A stretch of 64,000 nucleotides of DNA, taken from NCBI GenBank assembly GCA_951406725.2, contig OX597818.1, positions 142,724,001 to 142,788,000 of the forward strand, written 5' to 3'. The notes beneath the pieces are model-generated. The model did not search any database. It was not told the origin of the DNA and was given only the letters and a program-made list of their open reading frames with translations. Source of the stretch: Octopus vulgaris. Its lineage: Eukaryota. A program made the position numbers and the translations under genes. The stretch's first letter is position 1. Each line of letters begins with the position of its first letter. Shown piece after piece: positions 52,401 through 63,000 of this stretch.

Positions 52401-55400
52401 TATTATATTGAGCAAGGAAGGATCAATATAATAAAGAATGTTGTTCTTTATGAAACCAAGGTGACTCAGAATTACAAAGACGAAGATAAGCTGATGGTAA
52501 CTGTGAGGGGAGTTGTGATACTGGTCTGAGACTTTGGATTATTTTTTTCTAATTTCTCAAGAAAGTGGCATAGCTGTTAAAAATGTTCTGCAATCATATT
52601 TCATCAAATTACATGTTGGACGAGATTTCCAAGACTGCAACTCTTTTGTGATATAAAATATACATGTGCATGTGTGTGTGTGTGTAGTTATACATACCAC
52701 ACAAATACACATACCACACAAACATACATACCACACTAACACACACATAAGCCCTCATATCAGAGAAGCTCTATCATCATTTTTACATCCATTTTTCTCC
52801 ATGCTAGCATAATTCAGACAGGTCTCATCCCATCTTGTAGCTCTAGTTCCTGTCACAATTTCTCATCACCTGACATATGTAGTAACAGTAAAATCCATGT
52901 TTTGTTTCCTTTTGGCATGACTTTTTTATGGTTCTGCGACTGCAGTTTACCAAGCCACTAACACCAGAGAGGCTTTCTGTGGAAGGACTAAAAGGAACCC
53001 CTCTACCATAATTTTTATTTTAGGAAAGTTAACTTAAAATAGAGTCCCATCACATCTTGAGAGAAAATTTGTTAATCGTCTGTCATAGAAGACATTATAC
53101 CTCTACAAAGAACAGAATTAAATTTAGCAAAAACATGGTGACACTTACTTTACTCATGCTTGGTCTTGGTGATACAGATGGCTGTGTATCAATGCTATTT
53201 GTTATGTTTTGTAGCGTCTTCCTACAGGTAGATGGCATAGCAGTGGACGGAATGGGGCTTGTGACAGTACTGCAGGGGACCGATTGCATATTGTTTGCAC
53301 TTTCAACAGAACCAGTAAGTTTCGTTGCCATTGTCTGTCCGGCAACAGGTCGGTTGTTTGGTGTAACTGCCCTATGATGGTTGGCCCCTGCTTGTAGGCG
53401 ACTGTTTACCATTCTGGCTAGAGCCAACTTTGCAGATGGTGTCCCGGGACGGGACCCATTCAATTTGGTTGCTTGAGCAGTAGAATCCCAGCTAGTGCTC
53501 GTGTTTGCAGTAGGAGTGCTTGCACTGGTGCTAGGTGTCACAGTAGGAACTGCGCCAGTAGGACTTTTATTATTACTTGCAGTAGCGATGCTTTTGGGCA
53601 CTAAAGATGCCAGCAGTTCTTTCTGATTCTCTTGGCTAAGAATCTGAGCAATGGTTTGGCGCTGGCTGCCAGTTGATTTCGCTGTGGAAGGTTCTGTTCG
53701 TGTTAGAGCATGAGTAAGAGGAACAGATCCAGACTGTTGCAGCAATAACTGCTGCTGCTGCTGTTGTTGTTGCTGTTGCTGCTGTAAATGTGATTGTTGT
53801 TGCTGCAAATGCAGCTGTTGTTGCATCTGATGCTGCTGTTGTAGGCGCTGCAACTGCTGTTGCGCTGTTGATTTCTCTTCAAAGAAATGTGCAGGCATCG
53901 ATGGCGTGAGCTGCTGCTGCTGCGGCCCAAGATGGGGCATAGGTGAATGCAAAGGAGGCGTAACCACAGTCGGTATAGTATCCGTATGCTCTGGATGATC
54001 GGGGATAACGGGTGGGGGTGGTGGCGGCGGCGGAGGAGGAGGTGGGGGTTCAGGCTTTGGGTAGACAAGAAGCCGAGGGTGATAGATGACTTCATCTTGC
54101 TTGGCCTGCTTTGACAGTGAATCCGTAATCCAGTCGGGACTGACAATTTTAATTTTACTGGGATATTTCATGGCCGTGTCATATTTCACCTGAAGTAATA
54201 ACGAAAACAGAGAAACAGGATAATTAAAAATTAATAAACGAATGAAAAGAAAAAGATGAAATCACATACAGTAAATGTTAAGTGGAATACCAACATATAT
54301 ATGCATACATGACAATAGATGCAGGTCTGGTAGTATAGTTAATAATTTGCTTCCCAACGAAGTGGTTCTGGGTTCAGTCCAACTGTGTGGCACCTTGGGC
54401 AAGCGTCTTCTACTATAGCCTCAAACCAACCAAACCTTGTGAATGGATTTGGTAGATGGAAACTGAAAGAAGCCTGTTGTATATATTTGCATGTACTCTT
54501 GTCTAGACACCAGGTGATGGTTGTAAACAAGCATGATCATCATCATAAAAGCAAAGTTGTTTGTTTCCAGTCTTCCTTGGGAAAATATTACTTTCCTTGA
54601 AAGCTAGTGGAGAGTTGGCAACAAGAGGGTCATCTGGCCATAGAAAATCTGTCTCAACAAATTCTGCATGACACAATGACACACAGTTAAATGCGATGAA
54701 TTGGCAGCATCATTAAAGCATCAAACAAAATGCTTTGGCTTACTGTGCTCTGAGTTCAAATCCCACCAAGGTCGACTTTATCTTTCATCCTTTCAAGGTT
54801 AATAAAATGAAGTAATCAGACCAGGATGATGGATCGGAGTAACTGCTAAAGCACTGGAAAAGATACTCAGTGGTATTTATCTATCTCTATATTCTTAGCC
54901 AGCGTCACCTTGACTGGCTTCCGTGCTGGTGGCATGTAAAAAGCACCATCCGAATCGTGGCCGATGCCAGCCTCGCCTGGCACCTGTGCAGGTGGAACGT
55001 AAAAAGCACCCACTACACTCACGGAGTGGTTGGCGTTAGGAAGGACATCCAGCTGTAGAAACACTGCCAGATCAGACTGGAGCCTGGTGCAGCCTTCTGG
55101 CTTCCCAGATCCCCAGTCGAACCATCCAACTCATGCTAGCATGGAGAATGGATGTTAAACGATGATGATGTTATGTGATGGATTTAATTTGTCTCATGGA
55201 TTAACACCACCAACTAGTTCTTGGATGTCTTTAGCACAGTCTGCTCTGCTGCAAGCATTTAACCCTTTAGTGTTCGGATTATTCTGTCAAATGTGATGTT
55301 TGTTTATTTAAAATGGTTTGAATTAATCATGTATTATCTTGTAGTTTAGAGATTTCAGTGATGTGATTTTTTTAGTTTTAGAATGACATGGTAGGGCTGA

Positions 55401-56088
55401 GGTGAGAGGCGAACTCTGGTCAGTTTCAATATAAAACAGGTTAAATATTTTGGCCGGATATGGCCAGTTTCAATGCTAAAGGTTAAGCCAAGTCTTTGGT
55501 TGGTGAATAACTTCATCCCTCTTGCTGACAACCACAGAGGCTGTGGATGATAACTTTCCCACTACAAAAGATTGAAGAAAGAAAAGGCTAGACTTATAAG
55601 ATCAGAACACATATCTTGTTTACTTCAAACACATTTCATTGTTTTAGAAAACTAATAAGCTGTCAAAATATACCTCTCTCACTGTAGATCACATTCTTTC
55701 ACTAAAGACAATACTGACTAAATGTTCATTTTGTAAATTTTTATTGTTTATTTTTGAAGTCAATTCAAGTTAAAATAATCATAAAAACCCAGTTGAGTCT
55801 GTCTCAGTTTCTCTCTCTCTTTCTCTCTGTAACAGCTTCTGTCATTTTCCTCCTCAATACAATTCTCTCTTGCTCCTGCTATTATTGCTTACTCCACCCT
55901 CAAACACATTCCAGCTGTGACAATCTTGTCTTTTATTCAGATATAGCAATTAAATATAATCTACAATTAAATATAATCCTTTGTTTAAATCAGTAAATTG
56001 TCTTTTGCAAGGAAATTTTACTGCTACACTGATGTTCCTTATGTTCCTTCATTAGTTGTCACCTTTTGACACCAAGCCGAACCCCACC

Positions 56089-56126
<38 letters not shown>

Positions 56127-56187
56127 TTTATTATCTAACAATCAAGTCAAGTCATTTACATAGCAGTTCTGCTCTGGATTTATTGTT

Positions 56188-56218
<31 letters not shown>

Positions 56219-59200
56219 TTATTATTATTACCCACATTTTTCACTTATCTTGAACTTAGTCTTTTGAACTGAAACTGAATTAACTCCATAGCATTCAAAC
56301 GAGCCATAACCAGCCAAAATATTTGACTTATTTTTATGTTCAAATTTAACAGACCTGGCTTCTTGCACCTATTCTACAATGTCAAAATCTCGAAGCCACA
56401 AAATAGTGCACAATTAATTCAAACCATTGTGAATAAAAATGCATTACATTTCACAGAGTAATCTGGATACCAAAGGCTTAAATATTGGTGCAACTTCCAA
56501 TCAAGCACTTCACTAAGATCAGTAATCCTCGTGGCATTCATCTACTCACCAACTTACACCCTAATCATTGGGGAAAGCCCAGTAGGAGACCCAGTTTAAT
56601 TGCTGACCACCCAACCATGAACAGGTAGCCATGGATTACATAATTACCACTAGTAAGCATCCATCAGGCTGAGGTGGAATTGGTCCCTACTTAACAACAA
56701 TAGGGGAGATTTGTTCTGAAGTAAAATGTACAATTTGAATAATAAAGAACTGAATAGGTTTTACTTACCCCAGCAGTGGCTGGTGTTATCAGATGAGTGC
56801 ACCGATTATCTAATTTACGCTGGATATATCCTCCATTGTAGACAACAGCTGGCCAGATTTGTTTCATGTCTTCTTCACCAACCTACAAAATTATTTGAAG
56901 AATTTCCATTGGTCCAATGAACCTCCTTTCTCTAATCATAAATCATCATTATTATAATTATGCTTCTTTGTTTTTGTTATTTTACTGCTCACATGCTTTC
57001 AGGCAACCCTGCAGCATATCATATTATACTGACTTTGAAATTGTTTTGTAAAACCTTAGCGTTTAATAAAGAAAGCATTCAAATTCGATGACTGGCGTCT
57101 GTGATAGCAGGGTGCAAAGAGCACCATACGAGCGTGATCATTGACAGAGCGGCTAACCAGCTTCCGTGCAAGTGGCACTTAAAGGGCACCATTCGAGCAT
57201 GATCGTTACCAGCGTCACCTTACTGGCACTTGTGCTCGTGTTAGTAGGGTGCCAAGAGCACCATCCGAGCGTGATCGTTGCCAGAGCAGCCAACTGGCTT
57301 CCGTGCCAGTGACACTTAAAGGGCACCATTCGAGCATGATCATTACCAACGTCGCCTTACTGGCACCTGTGCTGGTGGCATGTGTAAAAGGATTCGAGCG
57401 AGGTCGTTGCCAGTACTGCCAGACTGGCCCCCGTGCCGGTGGCACATAAAAAGCACCCACTACACTCTCGGAGTGGTTGGCGTTAGGAAGGGCAACTCTG
57501 CCAAATCAAGATTGGAGCCTGGTGCAGCGATCTGGTTCACCAGCCCTCAGTCAAAAATCGTCCAACCCATGCTAGCATGGAAAGCGGACATTAAACGATG
57601 ATTATCATTATTATTATTATTATTATTATTGAGCTAGCAGAAATGTTAGCATGCCAGGCAAAATGCTTAGCAGTATTCTACCCATCTTTACATTCTGGGT
57701 TCAAATTTCATTGAGGTCGACTTTGTCTTTCACCCTTTTGGGGTTAATAAAATAAGTATTTGCTGGCCTTGTCCCAAAATTTGAAATTATTATTATTATC
57801 ATCAGGAGAGTAGCAAGCTAGATGAAACACTTGGCAGTATTTTGTCCAGTTTTACATTTTGAGTACAAGTTCTGCCGAGGTCAACTTTACCTTTCATCCT
57901 TTTGGAGTCAATAAGAACTAGTCAAGGACTGGGGTCAATATAATTGACTAGCCCTCTCCCACAAAATTTTAGGCCTTGTACCTATAGTAGAAAGGTTATG
58001 TCTGACCTCCACACATACTAAGATAAACAGAAGACATAACCAAAATGTTAAACATAATGAAATACTGTAACTAAGTCCTATAAATTTCTACATCAAAATA
58101 GAAATCAACATTTATAAAGTGTAAAATTTATACAGGTTCTGCTCATAGTAGTGGTAGTCATAGTAGTAGTTTCTAAGGCAAGAAATTTGTTGGGCAGGTG
58201 GTTAGGCACTTAAATCAACTCCAGCACTTGACTGCAATTTTATTTTATTAAACCCAGCACCAACTCCTGCCACCACCACCACTACCATCATCATCATTAT
58301 TTTTATTATTATCATAACTGTTAGGAGTCACAGAACATTAGTTAGTTCTTGATGAAATGATTTTTGTGACCAAGTTTCCTAGATTAGAAATAAAGGTTCT
58401 TAAGTTCAAACTGGGCCAAAGAACCTGTGTATTTTTAGAAATATGAGGTTTAAAGATGGTTTGAGAAAAGATTGATCAAAACATAAACAACTACACATAA
58501 GATGAGATTATTATTGAGAAAATTCAGTAACAGTTTAAACATTTGTATCTCACCTGTGAAAAGCAGGCAACAATACCGGAGAAAACAAGGTCTTCAGGAG
58601 CAAACCTGTCTTTACTAAGAGGAGCTTAGTTAAGGAATAAAGATATTTCACATAGCCACTGTACCAATAAATGGCTTTCATTATCCAGCAACAAAAGTAT
58701 CTACAGAAAAATTTCACAAAGTTTCTCGGCCATTGGACCAATTCCCTACCAAAAACTCTGGTTTTAAAACAGTGCTTCTGTTGGTTTGGCCATGCATTCC
58801 ACTGTCCATAGACGAACTTATTCAAAATGTAATCATGCCAGAACCCACCTGGGATGGCATAAATAGCAAGGTGGAGATATTTGGTTTTTGCATGCATGGT
58901 GTCTGCTATTGGAATGGCAACTGTCTGGATGATATTTGCATCTGACATTTGTGATCATTGAGTGTGGTTGGCTTCTGTTTTTGATGCATTTGATTGGTAA
59001 ATTCATTTACCCAGACAAAGGAAACACCCATGACATTTTTGAGAGCTTTCAGAAACTGTTTGGAGGAGGTAGGGGCGAGGAAGAAATCACAACTAGTAAG
59101 TTTATCTTCAGAGAGGATAACCTATATTTTAAGGACCAAAATATAATTGAGATTTTCACAAAGAGAGCTCCCATCACAGTTGTTTAACATGACAGAAATA

Positions 59201-59828
59201 GCAACTAAATCTCTCTCAAATCCCACCCTGCCATTTTACAAAAGGAAGGACACATTTAGTAATACAGTCCTAGATATATTATGTGTGCATCAAAAACAGA
59301 ACATATTTGGTCATACAGCATGTTCAATCAGAGGTGACCTGTACTGACAACATTAGTAAAATGTCTCAGTCAACTCTGTACAATAAATCTGTTTAATGAC
59401 AACTGATTTAGATTAACCAACAACTGAAGGGGATGTAGAGGGGCTTTTGAAATATTTTAAAACTGGTTATTTCATCAAACATCCCATAGCTTTTATTTTC
59501 TAACCTAACAAAAAAAAACAATAAAAAAAATGGAAATGTGTACAATTAAAAGAAGAAGCCATTAATTAAAAAATAATAAACATGGTAACCTTTATTGTAG
59601 TAATATAAACAAAACAAAATTAAAAAACAGCAAGGAAAAAGTATAAACTTATACTGCAAGCTTATTTTATTCATTTACTTAACTTACACTTGTAAGTTAA
59701 TTAGTGAATTAATTGAAGGATTTATTTTCACAAATGACTAACAAAATATGAAATTAATAATTTAGTACTTGATATAAAGGATACGCTAATTGTTTTCCTG
59801 CTTTCACAGACAAAAGGACCCAGCTGCT
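22954..59828 (-). CDS. PAXIP1: PAX-interacting protein 1 (PTIP), multi-BRCT protein; 5'-partial, 18 coding exons in window (2841 nt, 946 aa + stop)
   Basis: complement(join(22954..23054,24315..24390,24537..24671,26450..26550,29205..29373,32730..32817,36953..37065,39088..39131,40708..40892,41852..41973,45435..45569,47491..47586,49560..49651,51495..51618,53149..54189,56769..56882,58554..58614,59785..59828)). All introns are GT-AG and the phases are consistent. The translation is colinear with vertebrate PTIP ([49 protein letters not shown]). The start and most of BRCT1 are not in the window. Confidence 0.96.
23230..23860 (-). mobile_element. Old RTE-like LINE fragment (post-RT region)
   Basis: Minus-strand remnants YANETWR and LGHMLYLP. 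Confidence 0.55.
24315..24390 (-). CDS. PAXIP1: PAXIP1 exon (BRCT6)
   Basis: [25 protein letters not shown]; ctcag/GTAAG. Confidence 0.93.
24537..24671 (-). CDS. PAXIP1: PAXIP1 exon (BRCT6)
   Basis: [45 protein letters not shown]; cacag/GTAGGT. Confidence 0.94.
26450..26550 (-). CDS. PAXIP1: PAXIP1 exon (BRCT5-6 linker)
   Basis: (D)[33 protein letters not shown]; ctcag/GTAAC. Confidence 0.93.
27021..27240. mobile_element. TTAA-flanked MITE (piggyBac-like)
   Basis: TTAA at 27017-27020 and 27241-27244; imperfect TIRs CCTTTTCATTAC / GTAACAAAAGGG; decayed relative near 27570-27770. Confidence 0.7.
29205..29373 (-). CDS. PAXIP1: PAXIP1 exon (BRCT5)
   Basis: [56 protein letters not shown]; the T-x-K phosphopeptide-pocket motif is present. 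Confidence 0.95.
32730..32817 (-). CDS. PAXIP1: PAXIP1 exon (BRCT5 start)
   Basis: [29 protein letters not shown]; tttag/GTGAGT. Confidence 0.92.
34075..36109 (-). mobile_element. Two-LTR Gypsy-like deletion derivative (gag stub plus integrase remnant)
   Basis: LTRs at 34075-34297 and 35629-36109 (TG...CA); PPT AAAAAGGGGGAGA; PBS TGGTGACAAGGAT; integrase motifs [36 protein letters not shown]; GAAAC on both flanks. Confidence 0.88.
36953..37065 (-). CDS. PAXIP1: PAXIP1 exon (linker with basic NLS-like motif)
   Basis: [37 protein letters not shown](R); cacag/GTTTGT; phases fit. Confidence 0.85.
37160..37700 (-). mobile_element. RTE 3'-end copy with tandem units (example of >15 truncated copies)
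   Basis: Same tail as the 17530-20366 element. Other copies near 10695(+), 12682(-), 15600(+), 20880(+), 24818(-), 27940(+), 28930(+), 33355(-), 38440(+), 41585(+), 46213(-), 48644(-), 54900(+), 57090(+) and 63090(-). Confidence 0.85.
39088..39131 (-). CDS. PAXIP1: PAXIP1 short exon
   Basis: (V)[14 protein letters not shown], comparable to vertebrate AWRVPLKVS; tttcag/GTAAG; phases fit the neighbouring exons. Confidence 0.9.
39156..40618 (+). mobile_element. Non-autonomous Helitron-like element with nested insertions
   Basis: 5' A|TCTATATATATAAAA; 3' hairpin CCTGAGCAAGGCCAGG (40591-40606) then CTAG|T; no TSD. Confidence 0.7.
39700..40318 (+). mobile_element. Tc1/mariner-superfamily transposase fragment nested in the Helitron
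   Basis: [13 protein letters not shown]...[15 protein letters not shown]...[14 protein letters not shown]; terminal TTTTGAAACACCC-TA. Confidence 0.75.
40708..40892 (-). CDS. PAXIP1: PAXIP1 exon (BRCT4 end)
   Basis: [34 protein letters not shown]...VSHLM; ttttag/GTAAG. Confidence 0.94.
41852..41973 (-). CDS. PAXIP1: PAXIP1 exon (BRCT4)
   Basis: [40 protein letters not shown]; aag/GTTAGT. Confidence 0.93.
42520..43180 (+). mobile_element. Mariner transposon 3' fragment
   Basis: [57 protein letters not shown]; TIR-like end at about 43150-43180. Confidence 0.87.
43699..43867. repeat. Fold-back element (~72-bp arms)
   Basis: attcccacttaaa...actctcata / tatgagagt...tttaagtgggaat. Confidence 0.85.
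45435..45569 (-). CDS. PAXIP1: PAXIP1 exon (BRCT3 end)
   Basis: [45 protein letters not shown]; acag/GTAAGT. Confidence 0.94.
45608..46550. repeat. ~360-bp direct tandem duplication; second copy carries an RTE-tail insertion
   Basis: Units start at about 45608 and 45967, and a short third start at about 46515; insertion at about 46213-46400. Confidence 0.9.
47491..47586 (-). CDS. PAXIP1: PAXIP1 exon (BRCT3)
   Basis: [32 protein letters not shown]; tttcag/GTAAGT. Confidence 0.93.
49560..49651 (-). CDS. PAXIP1: PAXIP1 exon (BRCT3 start)
   Basis: (I)[30 protein letters not shown]; tttcag/GTAAT. Confidence 0.93.
49725..50135. repeat. Purine-rich ~60-bp minisatellite (about 4 units plus decayed flank)
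   Basis: Unit GGAGGAGGAGAGGAAGAGGTGTGATGGGGGGGTAGAACAAGAATAAGAACAAGGAGGGGGGGAATGG. Confidence 0.9.
50900..51325 (+). mobile_element. R4/Dong-like non-LTR fragment (CCHC finger plus restriction-like endonuclease)
   Basis: [19 protein letters not shown]...[20 protein letters not shown]...[10 protein letters not shown]...[12 protein letters not shown]. Confidence 0.75.
51495..51618 (-). CDS. PAXIP1: PAXIP1 exon (linker before BRCT3)
   Basis: [13 protein letters not shown]...[10 protein letters not shown]; tttcag/GTGAGT. Confidence 0.9.
51711..52225. mobile_element. TA-flanked MITE (Tc1/pogo-like)
   Basis: 25-bp TIRs CCGTAAATCTTCGAGTATAGTCTGC / GCAGATTATACTCGAGGATTTACGG; TA on both sides. Confidence 0.87.
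53149..54189 (-). CDS. PAXIP1: PAXIP1 large exon (end of BRCT2, polyP/polyQ and S/T-rich linker)
   Basis: [25 protein letters not shown]...YHPRLLVYP, then polyP and polyQ; 1041 nt open; cag/GTAAGT boundaries. Confidence 0.93.
55263..55482. mobile_element. TTAA-flanked MITE (piggyBac-like, second family)
   Basis: TTAA-CCCTTTAG...CTAAAGG-TTAA; relatives near 17090, 36710, 45140, 56280 and 60313. Confidence 0.75.
56769..56882 (-). CDS. PAXIP1: PAXIP1 exon (BRCT2)
   Basis: [38 protein letters not shown]; AG/GTAAGT boundaries. Confidence 0.93.
58554..58614 (-). CDS. PAXIP1: PAXIP1 exon (BRCT1-BRCT2 junction)
   Basis: (A)[20 protein letters not shown]; acceptor preceded by TTCCTTAAC; donor GTGAG. 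Confidence 0.9.
58615..59784 (-). other. U12-type (minor spliceosome) GT-AG intron of PAXIP1
   Basis: 5' splice site GTATCCTTT (59784-59776); branch site TTCCTTAAC (58637-58629) about 15 nt before the AG; little polypyrimidine tract. Confidence 0.92.
59785..59828 (-). CDS. PAXIP1: PAXIP1 exon (BRCT1 C-terminal part)
   Basis: [14 protein letters not shown](A); ttttacag acceptor; donor GTATCCTTT (U12 type). Confidence 0.9.
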
Positions 59829-59905
59829 CTGTAAAACAAAATATCAACAACATCAACAATAGCAAAAATATGGAAAAAAAAAAAGTAAAATAGCAAAAAA
59901 TACAA

Positions 59906-60043
59906 TTATTGAGTCTGGAAAGAATCAATCTCTTTCAGTTCCTTATTAATTTAACACACTCACCAGTCTGATTTCCACCAGACCGGTGAGTGTGTTACAT
60001 TAACAAGGCACTAAAAGAGAATGACTCTCTCCAGACACAATAA
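59906..60043. repeat. Fold-back element (65-bp arms, 8-nt loop)
   Basis: ttattgagtctgg...caccagtctg atttccac cagaccggtg...ccagacacaataa; about 9 mismatches. Confidence 0.85.
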
Positions 60044-63000
60044 AATATACTCCAATACACAAATTCACATAAAGAATCTTGCAAACCAAATACAAAACGA
60101 AATACAATTATTGACTTTAATGAAAAGCTTTGGATTAGGTATAATAACATCTATACTATAATGGAAAAAGTTGCTTATTAATTAGGTAACAATTACTAAG
60201 AGTACTAAAAAACGGAATTATTAAAGGATTGACCATCTGCAAATATTTTCATAAATTCATGTTCTATAAAATTTCCTATAATTTTGATTTCTCAAGTTTA
60301 CTTCATTTGTGTTTAACCCTTTAGTGTTCAGATTATTCTATCAAATGTGATATTTGTTTATTTATATTGTTTTGAATTAATCTATGCATTATCTTGTAGT
60401 TTAGAGATTTCAGTGATGTGATTTTTTTAGTTTTAGAATGACATGGTAGGGCTGAGGTGAGAGGTGGGATCTGGTCAGTTTCAATATAAAACAAGTTAAA
60501 TATTTTGGCCGGATATGGCCGGTTTTAAATATTTAAATTTCTTGCAAATTTAAATATTCATTGCATTCTCTGCGGAGTATTCCATTTTCATTTGCAAAGT
60601 CTCTCACTTTCTCTTTTAAGTTTTAATTCACTATTAATGGTGCCCCAGCATGGCCACAGCTCATAAGCTGAAACTGGAAAAATCAAATCAAAATCATCAA
60701 AATCATACGTAATGTAAAAACATTATTAATTGAATGAAAATTTTTTAAGATACCCATATAATTTTTGAATACAGGATAGGTGTGAGAAGAACCTAGAAAG
60801 GTGGCTAATTACTAATAGAAGACAAAGAGAGAAAAAACAAAAAGTTACCAACACGTACTTGAAACTCGCACCTTATTCACAGTTTCCAAACACACCTTCA
60901 ATAATTACACACTCATGCACACACAGATACACATACATACAAATGAAAGGCAATAAATGTGTGTGCATGTGTGTGTGTGTGGGGGGGGTGCTATTCACTG
61001 ACAAAACTTTGTGCTGCATCACTTTTGTGAAGTTTTGTGAACAGATCGTGGTTTCAAAGTGATGAAAATATTTTATCACAAACGAAGTTTCAATGTTGAA
61101 GTGGAACTAACGGTATTTGTGTGTTCATCTGCCGTTACGTTGTGAGTTCAAATTCCGTCGAGGTCGACTTTGCCTTTCATCCTTTCGGGGTCGATAAATT
61201 AAGTACCAGTTACACACTGGAGTCGATGTAATCGACTTAATACCTATGTCTGTCCTTGTTTGTCCCCTCTGTGTTTAGCCCCTTGTGGGTAATAAAGAAA
61301 TAGGTATTTGTGTGTTCTTGAATGGTTTACAAACATCTTCCATACTGCAACTGTTTTTGCTTCAGCACACAATCTCAGATCAGGTCACTTGCTGTGCAAG
61401 TACACATCTGTCATTTTTTTTAAATCACCATGGATAAATGCCAGCAATGACCTTCTCAGGCTCTCCAATATTTTAATTTCTAAACAGAAATAACTGGGGC
61501 AGGGAGTGGGTTTGCAAAGAATTCATAATTTCTCAAATTTTCTTTTTTTATAGCCTATAAATGTATTTATGGGGGAAAAATTTTGAAAAACATCAATACA
61601 TGCAAGAGTGATATAGAAATGAGGAGGGTCGTCCTTGGATGAGCTAGAAACAACAGCTAAATCGCCCTTAAATCACTTTTCCCTCTGAAAATATTTACTA
61701 AGCATGTGAGCACTATCATACAAAGAAATAATTAGACGTAAAATATAAAAATTATTAGAAATGGGAATCAAATATAAAAATATCAAGGGGCTAGCAGAAA
61801 ACTGGCATGAGGGCAATCTTTCTGCTAGTACATGTAATGAAGATATGGTATTCATAGCAATATACTGATGAATCATGGCTGTGTGATTAAGAAGGAAGTC
61901 AATCCCACTGCATGGCAGTTTGGGCAAGTGTCTGCTATTATAACCCAGGGCCAACACTGCCTTGTGAGTGAATTTGGTAGATGTAAGCTGTGAGGAAACC
62001 TATTCTTAGTGAAAAAAGTCTTTTTGCCCAGCCTGACTTGTCTGAAGAAGCAGTTGTATGTTGTGGAAATTCCAAAGTACCAAGCCACTAGACTGGCCTA
62101 ATTAACTTTGAGTGTGTGTGTGCACGTGCACACACTTGCACATATGTGTAAATGTTTTTATTTCTGCTACTTCGCATGAGACCATCTGAACAAGAAATGA
62201 TGTCGTGCTCACATTCTCTGTGAACAATATATTCTGTAGCTCCATACTTTTTTGAGTCAAGTGGAATAAAAATAAATCTTTAACTCAAAAGACAGGTTGA
62301 CGGAAAGAAGAGCATGCAACCATGAAATAATACCGCTAATAAGTATCTCTCTAACCAATTCCAGTATGGAGAAATGAAGATAAAAATCAATAAATGATTA
62401 GATAAGCCATCTTTGACATATATCTTCATGCTTTTTTTTTTTATGGGATCATAATTCTGCAATACAGCATTCTTGTTCAGTTTGATTCTGAGAACCCCAA
62501 CATTTTGAAATAGGTGAGTCTTCCTAAGTCTTCATTGTTGTATTAATCCTACTGTTCTAAGCATGTTTCTCTGTAAACGGAAATTGGGAAGCTTGGAAAT
62601 CTCTGCCTCATTTGGATTAAAGGGTTAAGTAAAGTAATGTGCTGATACAGACCCACCAAGTAGTACCTTGGGCAAGTGTCTTCTACTAAAGCCTCAGGTC
62701 AACATAAGCCTGGAGACTGGGTTCGTAGACAGAAACTAAAGGAAGTCGAATGTGAGTGTGTGTGAATCTTTTTTCTTGACACCATATGACAGTTATAAAA
62801 AACATCACTGTTATTCAAGTGGTGTCCTTGTTTCCAAAGTTCCATCCCATCAAAATATGTCTAACCATAAGAAAATACTAATTTGCTAGGAGACAAGTGG
62901 TTTGTTAAAATTTCATCTCGTTAAGCTAATGGACTCCCGGTCACCTATATGCACGTGTAGTCTGCTCATTGTTTGTTGATCAAATTCCAGCTTTTTATGT

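Noticed and set aside
62030-62095. CTGAAGA...GAAA...GTA hammerhead-like spacing, and similar partial motifs at 50785-50905
   Set aside because: Stems are too mismatched or GAAAC is missing.
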